The notes beneath the pieces were generated by a model. The model saw only the letters and a list, made by a program, of their open reading frames with translations. It searched no databases and was not told the DNA's origin. Shown here one piece after another: positions 1 through 12,200 of a DNA stretch of 64,000 nt. Positions within the stretch are counted from its first letter, which is position 1. Each line of letters starts with the position of its first letter. Made by a program: the position numbers and the translations under genes. The stretch is from Phallusia mammillata (lineage: Eukaryota): positions 8,060,001-8,124,000 of the forward strand of contig OZ281495.1 in NCBI GenBank assembly GCA_965637545.1, given 5' to 3'.

Positions 1-105
1 GAGTTAGAATCTGCAAACAACGAAGAAATGGAAGCTGGCGGATGGGAACGGGATTGCGAATCTGTTTTATTGCGTGAGATAGAACCTGAAAAAAATGTTC
101 TGTGA
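1..105 (+). other. 3' end of an unidentified ORF, probably a transposon fragment in an intron of gene A
   Basis: Open frame ELESANNEEMEAGGWERDCESVLLREIEPEKNVL* from base 1 to TGA at 103-105; no family recognised. Confidence 0.25.
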
Positions 106-323
106 TTGTGCACCGCCAGTAGCCTAATAAATAATTCGTTTAAGCAAATATGGCTATTTGGGTATTTAAATGAAACACTTGCGGTCTCTTAAAACTACTT
201 AGCGGTTACCCAAACCACCTTAAATAAACCTGCATGGGAGAAACAACGCCCAAATGCTATATGCTTACAATGGTAGCATTGTGACGTTGTAGATAGAGGG
301 GATGCTTTGTATTTGTTTTCCAG

Positions 324-2277
324 TTGGGAAACTTTTCAGTTGTGACTTTGAAAGTGGTTTGTGCAACTTCACTGATGATTCGAGCGCTCATTTTACTTGG
401 ACAAGAAATAACGGGTCCACGGCTTCAGACGGTACAGGTCCAAGTGTAGATCATACACTGGGAACGACTGGAGGTTAGTACTCAAATATGAAAAATGGGA
501 GAATTCATTATTAATACCAAAAAAACCATATAACTTAAACATTTTTTAGATTTTACCTGCATAAAAACACACTTAAACTTGTTCAATTTGCAAACCATAA
601 TCTGACGATAAATTTTTTTGAAATTATTTCTTCACTAAATGCTTTATGTTTTTAAATAGGTCACTACATGTACATTGAAACGAGTGACCCTCGACAAAAT
701 CTTGACAAAGCAAGAATCGTTTCACCAATGTTGCCACCAACCAATGGTAAAAAATATATTATTCTCCATGTCATTATCTTTTTTTGGTGGATCAATAATA
801 TAGTTGTTTGTTATGTAGTGATTTAATTTTATTCCCAAAAACACAAATTTTGCAAATTTACAGACTAAAGGTATTCTTTAACGCACAAATGTTAAACAAA
901 GACTTGTTCAAACGGTTTGCAAACATATTTTTTACAGTTGTAGTGAATTCGGATTTCTAGTGCTTATATATATTTTTTAATTGAGGTTTCTTATTTAATT
1001 GAGACACAATGCAAACGTTGTATAGACCAAATATACGATTCTAAAACTGCCATTGCTCCACGAATTAATTCCAGGAAGACGGTTTGGGTAATCTTACGCG
1101 CTTTTTTGCTGGTTTAGACACTAAATATGCCTCTGTGTAGGAAAGTAAACCTCGGTCAATCCAGACCCATTTGGACCAAAACAATGTTGGTATATGACAA
1201 AAACACAAATTAACTGATGTCAATTAGTTAAAGCTTTTCCACACTATACACTCCACACAGTTAAGCTTAATTAAGCCTATAAACGATTGATTATGTGTTT
1301 TTAACTAGTTGTTGTTTTTTACGTTATCATGCATCAAAAAGTTATTGAAATGAATGTTTTTTTACAGGTCAATGCCTTAAGTTTTACAACCATATGTATG
1401 TAAGTATTAGAAAAACTACTTACAAAAACAATTAAATCGCTTCAAAGTAACATTTAAGACTGTTTAATGACTTGCAAATCCACACCTTGGCAAGTTAAAA
1501 ATGATTTCAGATTTCACTAGAAATGACGATGTTCTTTTTGCAAACGACAAAAAAAATCAAAAACAATCATACTTCTCAATACCTAATAGGGCACCGTAAA
1601 TCTCCTATTTAAATACATTAAACGACACAGATTTGTTTGTATAGGGCAACCACATTGGAACATTGAAAGTCTATTTAAAGAGACCAAATCGTTCCAATGC
1701 ATTAGTATGGAGTCTGAGCGGCAATCAAGGTAAGAGATACATTGTATCTGTTGGCAAAACAAACAAATGTGAGGCAAAGTTTACATTTTTTGGTCGCGAA
1801 ATACTCTTTTCTTTTATGTCCATTCAAATATAATTTAAGCGGTGGTGGTTGTAATACAAAACAGTGCTCTGGCGTCATGTTTACTAATGTAAAACTTAAT
1901 GCTTTTCGGTTCACAATAGTACAATAGTAAAACTTTTTACACTCTTTAGAGTTTGTGTAAGTTTTAACAACCAAAGTCATCTGTTGCAAAAGGTTAGTTA
2001 AGGTACAGTTAATTATATCACACTTAGCAACGCCTTATCGCAGTTGGACAAACCTTGTGTATGAGATAGAACTAGGTCCAGTCAGTCTAAGCCACTTTGA
2101 TTTCATATGTGGTGCAGTTTAAACTAAATATTGTTATCAGGTGATGTGTGGTCGTTAGCAAGCGCAACCATTACTTCGACAGAGCCCTTCCAGGTTGTGT
2201 TCGAGGGAACAAGGGGCACAGATTACGAAGGTGACATTGCGATTGATGACGTAATAATCAGACCTTTTCGCTGTTGA
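324..2277 (+). CDS. Gene A: C-terminal MAM domain exons of a gene whose 5' part lies outside the window
   Basis: GT-AG exons 324-473, 660-746, 1368-1399, 1645-1729, 2141-2277 join in frame: GKLFSCDFESGLCNFTDDSSAHFTWTRNNGSTASDGTGPSVDHTLGTTG/GHYMYIETSDPRQNLDKARIVSPMLPPTN/GQCLKFYNHMY/GNHIGTLKVYLKRPNRSNALVWSLSGNQ/GDVWSLASATITSTEPFQVVFEGTRGTDYEGDIAIDDVIIRPFRC*. Hallmark MAM motifs CDFE, GPxxDHT, YMYIE, GDIAIDD and all 4 Cys. Confidence 0.9.
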
Positions 2278-2647
2278 TTTCAATTGTATTATAACGACAT
2301 ACACATGAGGTTATAAATTTGATGCCTGAGTTTTTGATAACAGTTTTGCCACAATTTTGTTATTTTTGCAAACATGTGGTTCAATCTATAAACATTTATT
2401 TGTCACTGAAAGTCCAATGAGAACTGAATATGTTTTTGTTTTACTGAACACAAATCATAATTTAGTCTTTTTGGTGTAATCAATCCATTGCCATTTATCC
2501 AATCCAATGTAAACGCTACTCTGTCCAAACCGCTTTATATTGCATTTAACGCTTCTTCTAATATTTTTCAACGTAATTTCAAAATTGTGTGATGAATCTT
2601 ACAGAGTATGTGACCCAATGTAAATACGTGCATGACTTGTATGTATA

Positions 2648-2653
2648 AATAAA
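2648..2653 (+). terminator. Probable polyadenylation signal of gene A
   Basis: AATAAA in block taaataaacggtgt, conserved at 15903-15908 downstream of gene B. Confidence 0.5.
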
Positions 2654-3008
2654 CGGTGTAACGAAAATAGAAATGATTGTTTAAGCTTCATTAGAAAAAA
2701 GAAAGGATCGTAAACAGTGGTTTCCAAACTTGTTTGCTGTAACAGAAGTGCAGCTTTCGTTGGCATCTACTTTCTGTAACATCTCGTGTTTGGGGCAGTC
2801 GCTTTGCCACAAAAATTCACGACCAAAAAAAACATGAAACTTTAGCAAATGTGTAGTGCTTGTGTATATAGAAACACATTTTATAAAAGCCGAAACGCTG
2901 CGGGGGAAATAAAGCGAAGACGATGAGACGGTTATTATAAGACAATAATTCTATTTTAATGAGGTGCTAATAAATTTAAATGCGTTTTGGTAAAGTATAT
3001 AGTAGGTT

Positions 3009-4143
3009 ATGGAATGTTTGTCCAGATTGATTCTGTTCGGCTTTCTTTGGTACAATATTTGCGTAAACGAAAATTAGACTGATGTCTGCAAAAGTAAGTA
3101 CAACGCAAAACAAATTATTTCACAATAAAAAGTTAAATTCCTTTGAAGTGTAGTGCATGGAATACGGCTTAAAATACTGAATTTTCATAAAACCAGTCTT
3201 AGTGACGCGCAAAATCCAATGCTATACAAAACATATTACAAAACTGTTACACGTCATCTGGACATTATTGAGATAAAAAGTGCAACACATTTACGTGTTA
3301 TGTTTGATTCATTCATCCAAAATAAATACAGCTAAACATGTAACAGTCGATAATACATGTAAACTATATGAGCTATTGCACTTTTACATAAGGTTGCGTT
3401 GCGATATTAATTGGACAAACAAAATTTCGGCCAAATTTATGATAAAGTTTATTGCAGTGTTTACTTCAGAAATGCTGTTTTCAAAAAGTATAATTCTGTT
3501 GTCAGTTCGTTTTTGCGTTCACGCACAGAACCGCTATTTCCACCCAGGCAAGATACTTTCATGGTTGTTTAATGCTGTAGTTTTTGTACATTTTCCCATG
3601 TCGCCTAACCTCCCAACAAATTCCAAAAGAACTATAAACATTTTTATAAATGTAAGTTTTTTAATAGCTTTTTCAGGAAGAAAACTAAGGTAACAAGCAT
3701 TTTGTGAGTAATTTTTACTGCAGCCATTTTCATCGTTGCAATATCATTGTGTTAGGCAGTTAGGACGTAAGTTAGTTTTTATTAGATTACTATTTTTGTG
3801 ACTCTATAGTTGGCATTCCTAATTTTTTTTTAAAGTGGGTAAACGAGATGTAGACTATAAGGTTCCACAATGGGGTAACAATAACAAGTATAATACGGTA
3901 CAACTCATTACCTTACATTGGACCAAACTTGACGTGGTTTGTGACACAAAATCTGTTCAATCGCGTTTTTCAGCCCGAAACAAGAATCTTTGATGTTGGG
4001 CGGATAGACGTGATGTGAATGCGATCGCAAATGCAGAGGACCATCCACTATACAACCACGACAACTACAAAGCACGCCAACTGGTCTTCAGCAAGTGCGC
4101 GAGAGTAGCAGCTAATATTTCAAGCAAAATATTCGCTATACAG
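3009..4143 (+). pseudogene. WSC-like secreted protein pseudogene, copy 1
   Basis: Signal-peptide-like exon 3009-3093 (MECLSRLILFGFLWYNICVNEN*TDVCK, in-frame TAG 3075-3077) and exon 3974-4143 (ARNKNL*CWADRRDVNAIANAEDHPLYNHDNYKARQLVFSKCARVAANISSKIFAIQ, GGA>TGA); later exons replaced by unrelated sequence. Confidence 0.7.
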
Positions 4144-5297
4144 GTGGTGTAGTAAAATCCAATAAGTTCATTCATATTCGACAACCTGCCATAAACTTTC
4201 GACATATGTTCATGCCCATAGGCGCCGAGTAGGCGGTTGAAGGGTTGCGCCGCCACCTAGGATTTGTAAAGCACGGTGGCAGCCATCAGAGATATTTTGG
4301 TTTGTTTGTAGCCGTATCGTACGAAATATCGTCAAATTTGAAGAAAAACAGGAACAATTTTTCTTTTGAATCTTGTTTATGACGTCAAACACACAACCGT
4401 CTGCCATTGTGTACAATGCGAATGTGTTGTAATAAATAGTACAGTTTTTTTAGGATAGAAAGCAGCAACAACCGGACAAAACATTTTTAAACGTTGCTAA
4501 ATCAATGACTAACGTTATATCAACGTGTTGCAGCACCTACTAAATATTATTTCAAACGTATCGTTTTTTTTCTAATTTGTGGCGAACTTTGTATTCTGTT
4601 TGAGGTTTGTTGGGGTTTGAGTTTTTGTGATTGCACTCATTAGTGACGTCATATTTTACGTCGCCACGTTCCCTTTTTAAAAATTCGGCATGAAGGCGAG
4701 AAGTGGTTCGTAATTTTAAACTTTAGGCGTTAGAGGGCTAAAGTTAATAACATAGGGGCGTATATAACACCGACTGCGGCCAAAATTGAGCCCGAACCCA
4801 AATTGAAAAGTACAATCCGATTGATTGGATCTGGTCTGCTCAATGCTGATGAAAGAGTTTTCGATTGCAACTAAGAAACCCAAGGCCGAACCCGTCCCGA
4901 AAAGCCCGGTCTGATTTACAACTCCGCAGGGTACAAACAACACTTTTTAAAACTTTCTTTCCAAGAAGCTTCGTGGTGGCAATCTGACACTAATGGGCGA
5001 TAGAGAGCCACGTCGTAAAACTCTCCGTCGAATGTAAACTCTCATCTATTACAGAAATCGTGTTTGTATGCTTTACAGGAAATGCCTGGGGTGCAGAAAT
5101 GGTCGAGTGACTCGACTCGAGTCTGCATTTTGTTCACGGAAGCGGAAAAACTCTTAGGACACAGTAGTTATATTAAGTAGAACTCGCTGTAACTAGGTCG
5201 AAATCAAAGATTTATTTGGCCTTATTAATAAGTTGTTAAGTACCGTGAGCTTTGTTGTGATACGTAAGCTTTATATGCTTTATGTCCGACATTTACA

Positions 5298-5665
5298 ATG
5301 ACTACATCGAACAATGATACGCCTGGAATTCCGATGGAGCTTTCGCGAAACGGTAAGTAGCAATATTTTAATCCACCTGGAAGAAAGAGTATACAAAGTA
5401 GAAATGCCGAAGCTATACTACCTTTAAACGGATCAAGTTCGAATTTTTAAATGATTTCATTCAAATCTTAAAGACAACGAAATTTCGTCGTATCTTTTGC
5501 AGAAACAGATCAAGGCATTTGTAAGATGAAAGACAGCGAAAGACGTGAAAAGAAGCTGATGGAAGCATTAAAAGTGTTCAAAAAATCTGAAACTGAGGTT
5601 GTGTCTTCTCTCCCTGCTCCTGATTTTCGCTGTCGGATTTATAGCTTTTTATTTTTCAGTACGAT
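5298..5665 (+). pseudogene. Type-2 (Tyr-less) receptor pseudogene, exons 1-2 only
   Basis: Exon 5298-5352 MTTSNNDTPGIPMELSRN and exon from 5503 ETDQGICKMKDSERREKKLMEALK; relative to intact gene F exon 2 it has lost 5 nt just before the TM, shifting the frame; no stalk exons follow. Confidence 0.8.
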
Positions 5666-6287
5666 AGCGTGAAAGTTAAATCTAAAAATCTAAATCTAAC
5701 ATTTTTTGAGCTATAGCAGGGGTCGTATTTTATCATGGAATTAAAAAAAAAGAAATTATTCTAAATTAAAACACTTTTTTTTTTTACTGACTATCCAAAT
5801 TTTAAAGAATATACTCTATGCCTAAAAGCGTATTATGAACTCAAATGATAATGCTTTGTTAGTAAACAATCAAGCAGGATTGTTTATGACGCTTTGGCTA
5901 GACTGGTGTCATGCTTATCTGGTTTCATGATTTTATAGCATGTAATGACGCAGTGCTAAGTAAATAAAAATGAGGCAAATAGCGTGCCATCATTTATTTT
6001 TGCCAAAGGAATAAACTTTTTTCAAATCAGAAACCCGAAAACAGCCACACCACAAACCGTATAGTGCAGGTTCAAGCTGCTTCACACGCAAAAAAACGCT
6101 CAGTGCAAAATCGCTGGCTTATTCCTGCCTGACATGAGCCCCGAAATCTGCCCAGCGTGTGACCGAACAGAAAAAATAAACAAGCGCACCTACACAGGTT
6201 TAAACGGGTGCACGCGCTACGCACATTGTAAACGGGGCTTCATACTTCGAGTGAGTGATAAGCTTTAACAGATAACTGCCTAACAAA

Positions 6288-9200
6288 ATGAATGCACGAA
6301 ACTGTGACCCGCCTAGGATGGAAATCGTGGAACAATGTTATGGTACGTAAAATTTGTTTTGAGTTATTTTTTATTTGATAATTTAAATTTTAAACCATTG
6401 ATCAAAAATGGTGTTTTCTTGCGTCAAGCGGGAAGAAAAACTTATTTTCAAGGATAAAAATAGAAAAATACGCCATTTTACGGAAAATGTGTTGTTCATA
6501 AAACTGGCGTGGAGATAAATAATCGGGAAATCCGCTTTAGCATCAGCGTGGCCCGTTCGCGGATTTGCCGCCAAGTTTTACAAGTTTGGCTTTTTTAGAA
6601 AGGGTAGACACCAAAAAATGCAACTGGCAGCTTAGAGATATTTTTTGTAAAACTTTGTGGAACTGGTTAATATCATATCCGCCAGCTGTACTGCTAGAAA
6701 TATGTTTAAAGTTACGTTTCATAAAACGACCACCCGTATGTCAGAAATGCTATTGCTCGGCCAATTTATGCAATAATTGATTTAACAAGAAACGAAGATG
6801 GCAATCCGAAAGTTTGTATCGAAAGCGATAAACAGCGAGTGGCAAGGTCAAAGTTTTTAAAGATTTACAAAAATCTTACAGCAGCTAAAGTGCGTGAAAG
6901 TGAAAAAACTTTTGCATGAACTTGTAAGGATGCGTGGTGCAACTTTATAACCATTTTAAGATTTGTTTATAAAATTGAATAACAATACGTATTACAGCCA
7001 GGTGATGCTGTTTTTGGAACTCACTTTTATCCCACTACTAGCCTCACTAGGAAATGACGCTTCCTGTTTTTGTAACTGCGCATCAGTAGTTTTCAAGGTG
7101 GGCGTTGGCAGGCTTGCCTCAGAAAACATCGAGACAACGAACACAATAGACCGGGGGTCACCAAACGTTTTTCACTGCGGGCCGGATGAGTGCCAATGAT
7201 GTTTCACGCGGGCCGCACATTTTACATGCCCTAGCGCCGTCTTTCCAAACTTAGCCCGCGAGGCATTTTTAGGTGCGCAAAGATATGGTCGTTCTACAAT
7301 CCCATTCAAAAAGTAGTCATGCGACTGTTAAACTGTATAATGAGTCTCATCTTACGAGCAATGCATGTATATTACGCCACAAGTGACAAAAGAATGCACT
7401 TGTTTGCGCACAATTAACATTTGTAGTCTTGTCTGTGACGTAACAAACTGGTTTTCGATCAATCCTAGGCGTTATATTCCTATGAAACTCGGTAATATCA
7501 ATTCTGAAAAAAATCCCCACAGAAAAAAAATTGTAGATTTAGGAGTATATTAACGTTTAATGTTATAAAGTTATTAATACAATTTAGCAACTTAAAAAAT
7601 GTGGTCGCGGGCTGGATAAAATGACCTCGGGCCGTAGTTTGGTGACCCCTGCAATGGACGATTATTCTTGAATAAGGCGCTTAGCTAATTAAATTTATTT
7701 AAAAAAAAAGTTTAAAGTCAGGCCCGAATCAGCATCTTTGTTTTAGCAGAAAGTTAAGCCCGAACTCCGCCCGAAAAGTCCGGGCCGACTTACAACTCTA
7801 AGTCGATTGCGTTTGGAGAGCCAAACCCTAACCACAATTTGCGTAACCACAGGACCCGTCTGTTGATTAGGTGGGAAATTGTTTTATAATGCACCTATTG
7901 AAAAAAGCCGGTCTTATTAAACTCCATAACCTTTGTGTGTGGGAGTGAGTGGAAAATTAGTTTGTGTATGGCAGTGGTTCTCAAACTTTTTTGACCGCGA
8001 CCCAAATCTGAGTATTATGAACATCTCACGACCCAAGCCTCAAACATCAAAAAATGTAACAATTTCGAGGCCACGTCGTGGCCGCACTGGAGTCTGCCCA
8101 TGTCAAAATGGCTGCAGGTTTAACGAGTTCGATTCGACAATACTGCATAACACAACACACATTGTGGCTTTGCAGCACCATGATCATTGGTAGAAGTGAA
8201 TCCCAAATCTAAAAAAGGTTCCTTGTACGAATACTTACTAATCCTTGAACGGTAACTGTTACATCTCCACGTTCAGTTTCGCATGATTAACTTTTATTCC
8301 CCGTGCTATGACGTAACAATCGCCATGTATGTGCGTAACAGTACAATTGGAAGGCTATTGGCAGTATTTTGCAATGATTAGTTCGTTTTACTGTACAACG
8401 TGGTCAATGAGTGGACTTTACTACTACTACATTAAGTAAATTCGTTCGTTTTTACTTAATGCAGTAATAGTTCGTTTGGGTAGAATTGAATAGTGATGCA
8501 CCGAACCCGCCTAAAAAGGTTCGGGCCGAAACCGAATATTCGGCCATGAGGCCGAATCAGGCCGAACCTAAATTCCCCGATTTTTGGATGGTTTCAACTG
8601 AACCTTGTGTTGTTGATGCGAGTGAACTCAATTTTGACAAACTAAAATCACTTTCACACTGCATGGGTAAACTTTGCTAAACATCTAATATTTTGCAGAC
8701 AACGTGGCTGGTATTCCATAGATACAACAAATAGTTAATTAATGATGTTTCGTATGAATTTTCAAAAAAGTTCGGGCCGAAACCGAAACATTGGAAAACA
8801 GCGGATTCGGCCGAAATGTTTCGGCCAACTGAAACTTCGGTGCATCACTAGAATTGAACCACCATAGCGCGACCCATTTTTTGAACCTGCGCGACCCACG
8901 TTTGGGTCGCGACCCATACTTTGAGAACCACTGGTGTATGGTAATGCCGACTAACGCTTTTAAGTAAGTAGAGAATTGTTTTGTGCAAATCAGAGATCCC
9001 GACAAAATTGTTTTGTGCAATTGCCTAAAACGTGGCAACCGCTTCGTGTGCGGAATCTTGGGTTACCGTGTTCTTGGTTATAACTTACCGAAACCGGACT
9101 TCTTTCACTGTTATTGTATGCTGCGTATTCGTGGTTCGTACATGTGCCATTTTGTTATTATATATCTTCCATAAACCCCTCGCTACATTTGGTAACCCTA

Positions 9201-12200
9201 AGCGCGTAATTATGTTATTTTTGCAATATGACAGCAGCCGTAAAGTCATCTAATGCTGTAGCCATAAAGTTACCCACGTTTTGGACAGCTCAGCTGCGAA
9301 GTTGGTTTTAGCAAGCAAAACCACAGTTCGCTAGTGTGTTTTATTCATGGTGTTTGTTGTTACTGCTTTATGTGCATTTAACCCACATTGGTACTTGTTT
9401 TCTTCTCCTTCTATGTAAATATTTTTCGATTGATTCTGCAATAAACAAATATCGCTCTAAAAAGTATTACTTATTTGCGAGTTATCGAAATTGTCGAAAA
9501 GTCGAGTATTTTCGACCGCTATTCGGCGCCGATCTTCTCAGCGCACATTTCCTTTAGCCTCATCGATGCCTTCTCCAGCGTTGCACAAGGCAAATCATCG
9601 CAATCAGCGTCTCGCCTTAAAGCTGTTTTTGTAGACACGTCAGTCTATGCTCGAATATTGACCGAATTCCCAGGAATAAGAACTCCACATTTTTTACAGT
9701 CGCTTCCTAAGCATGGAGTTTAGTATTTTTTCCCCCGATGGCAAATCCGTCGCTGTCCTGAGAAGCTCGGCCTCGCTAAAAAGGAATTCCACAACATGCT
9801 GCAACTAGGCATTATTCAAAGTTCTTCAAGTCCATAGGCTTCGCCATTGCACATAGTTTCGTGCGTCGGGTGGCGCCCCTGCGGCGATTAATACCCTCTT
9901 AAAGCAACTACCTACCAGAACTTGGCCGATTGATCTGGCGCGCCTGGCCCATAAAAAACCTTGATCGGAATTGGTCCCCGGGAGCATCTTGGGTTCGAAC
10001 CCCGTGAAAAAACTACCTTACCTGACTCTGACGCTATTTCTCACATTTAGGACTTTTCGGCTTGGTTCTAGTTTTTGAGAAGGTGGTAATTCTTATCGGC
10101 TCTAATTTTCTCTATTGTTATGATGGAAACAGTAGCAAAACCAGAGCTGGTTTTATTTAAATATCATGAACCACTCGGAAATGTCACATTTATATTTCTC
10201 CCTCCGTTTCTCAAATCTTTGCGTCATTCGAAACGTATAACTAATGCTAGTTACATCAAACCAATTTGATCGTATGCTGGCGTAACGCACCTGTCTAATG
10301 TTGACGTCACTGAAAATAACGGAATTTTGATTTGCAAGCTTTTAAAGATAACAGGTCGCACAAAATGTTTAGGCCATTTGAAAGTTACATATGCCGTGTT
10401 GTAATTTTTATGTTGTTGCACTTTGTAGAAACGGTTCAAAGCACCCCCGCTGTGAGAAGCAACGAAAAACTTGAAAAGATGATAATTGAAGAAAAGCGTC
10501 CAAAGCAATCGAAAACTGATGTGGTTGAGTCTAATCTTTGTACTCCTGATTTTCACTGTCGGATTTGTCGCTCTTCATTTCTCGGTAGGACTGTGCGAAC
10601 GTTGATTTCGTCAGAATATAAACTTTAAAACGAGTCATCAAATTTTGCATCTTGTCTTCAAAAAATGACAAAAATTGCTATAGAATAGCAAAAGTCGAAA
10701 AATAATTGTCAAAAAGTGTTTAGTGGGTTCGGACCTTTTTCAAAAGTGCACCTACCGTCTTTTATGTGGCCAAATTAATTTAGCTCTTTACATGCTTGGG
10801 GCATCAAGACTAAGGGTCCACAGAAACGTTTTGTAGTGTTTAAACGTGCTACCAAACACATTTTCCCACTTTACCCTTTTTTAATAACTGAAAGGTTGCA
10901 GTAATACTGTACAACAATAGCAAATCTTTGCTACATGCTACAAACTTACCCTTAGTAACACCTGTTTCAGGCACCTATTTTAGATCTCATATAAAAGGCT
11001 TGATCTGGCTCTCCTGTGGTATATGCAAAACATGCCAAAATACTCATATACATATCAAGGTAGTAGGGTTAAACGTTTTTAACGTCTTATATTGATTTTT
11101 CAACATAAAGAAAAGTCGGCACATCTAATGACATTTGTGTTTTTTTGCCAGATTTCTGCAAAAGTAGAAACGGAAACAAGACGTGGTAAGATTGGATCAT
11201 TTTATTCATTCAGAGTGTTACTATTTAACATTCAATATTGTAAAACAGTCACTGTAACTACGCATTTTGTAGGTTTGGAATCAATTGAGGAGCAACATAC
11301 AAATTACCAAAGTTAGTGACTTCAAAATTTGCTTGATGTTAAGACTTTTAACATGCAATGTCTTTGCGTTCAATACAAAGCTAATGCCAATAGTGTCTTT
11401 GGAAATCCTTAGCCAATAACGTGTTTTAAGTCATGCACGGTGAGAACGAGGTTTAAAAGTGGTATTTCATACAGAGATAGCCCTTATCTTGATGGTTGTT
11501 GGATAATTTTGTGAAACATTTCTTTACATCTGGTCACTGCGCATTTTATCCATTTTATAGTTCGACCAAAAAACATGCAACAGAAAGTCTTCTCCGCGTT
11601 TATGTTTTAAACGTATCGGTTTCAAGTCATAATTAACTATTGTCGTGTATCCATATTTAAACCTTACTTTCTTTCATTCAGCAATGAGTGCAAATTGTTC
11701 GAGTCGTCTCACCGCAACAAACATCAACATCGTAAACATTCATACATCATTGGCAGCTTTGAAAGGTAAAATTGATTGTCTCGTTATTAATGTACCGTTT
11801 TAGGCTCTGCAGAGGGGTGATACTGCGATGCTGGCAATCCTACCAATGTATAAGTTTATCTTGCGAAACTTTCGACACCATATATCTGCGCATTTTTCGC
11901 GACATACGAATTATCAAAGTTAGTGACCTAAAAAATTGCTTGACTTTGAGATTTATAAACCGTAAACAGGCAGTGTATTTGCATTCTACACAAAGCAATT
12001 TGCAATAGTGACGTTCAAACAATTTTATTCACTACCGTATTTTAAGTCATACGCACTGCGCATTCGGCAAAACTTGGAGCTTATAAGTTATTTGAAGTTA
12101 TTCTGCAATCATGTTTTATGCCAGCACTTGTATTCCATCACAGGCTACAAACGATTGCTGGCAAAAAATCCTTAAACCTTATTTATGTTTAGTCGAGTCT

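Noticed and set aside
10332-10628. Alternate-frame peptide with CxxC (DFHCRICRSSFL), also at 50595-50795 and ~5620
   Set aside because: By-product of conserved TM codons read in another frame; the frame is closed by a stop in gene C.
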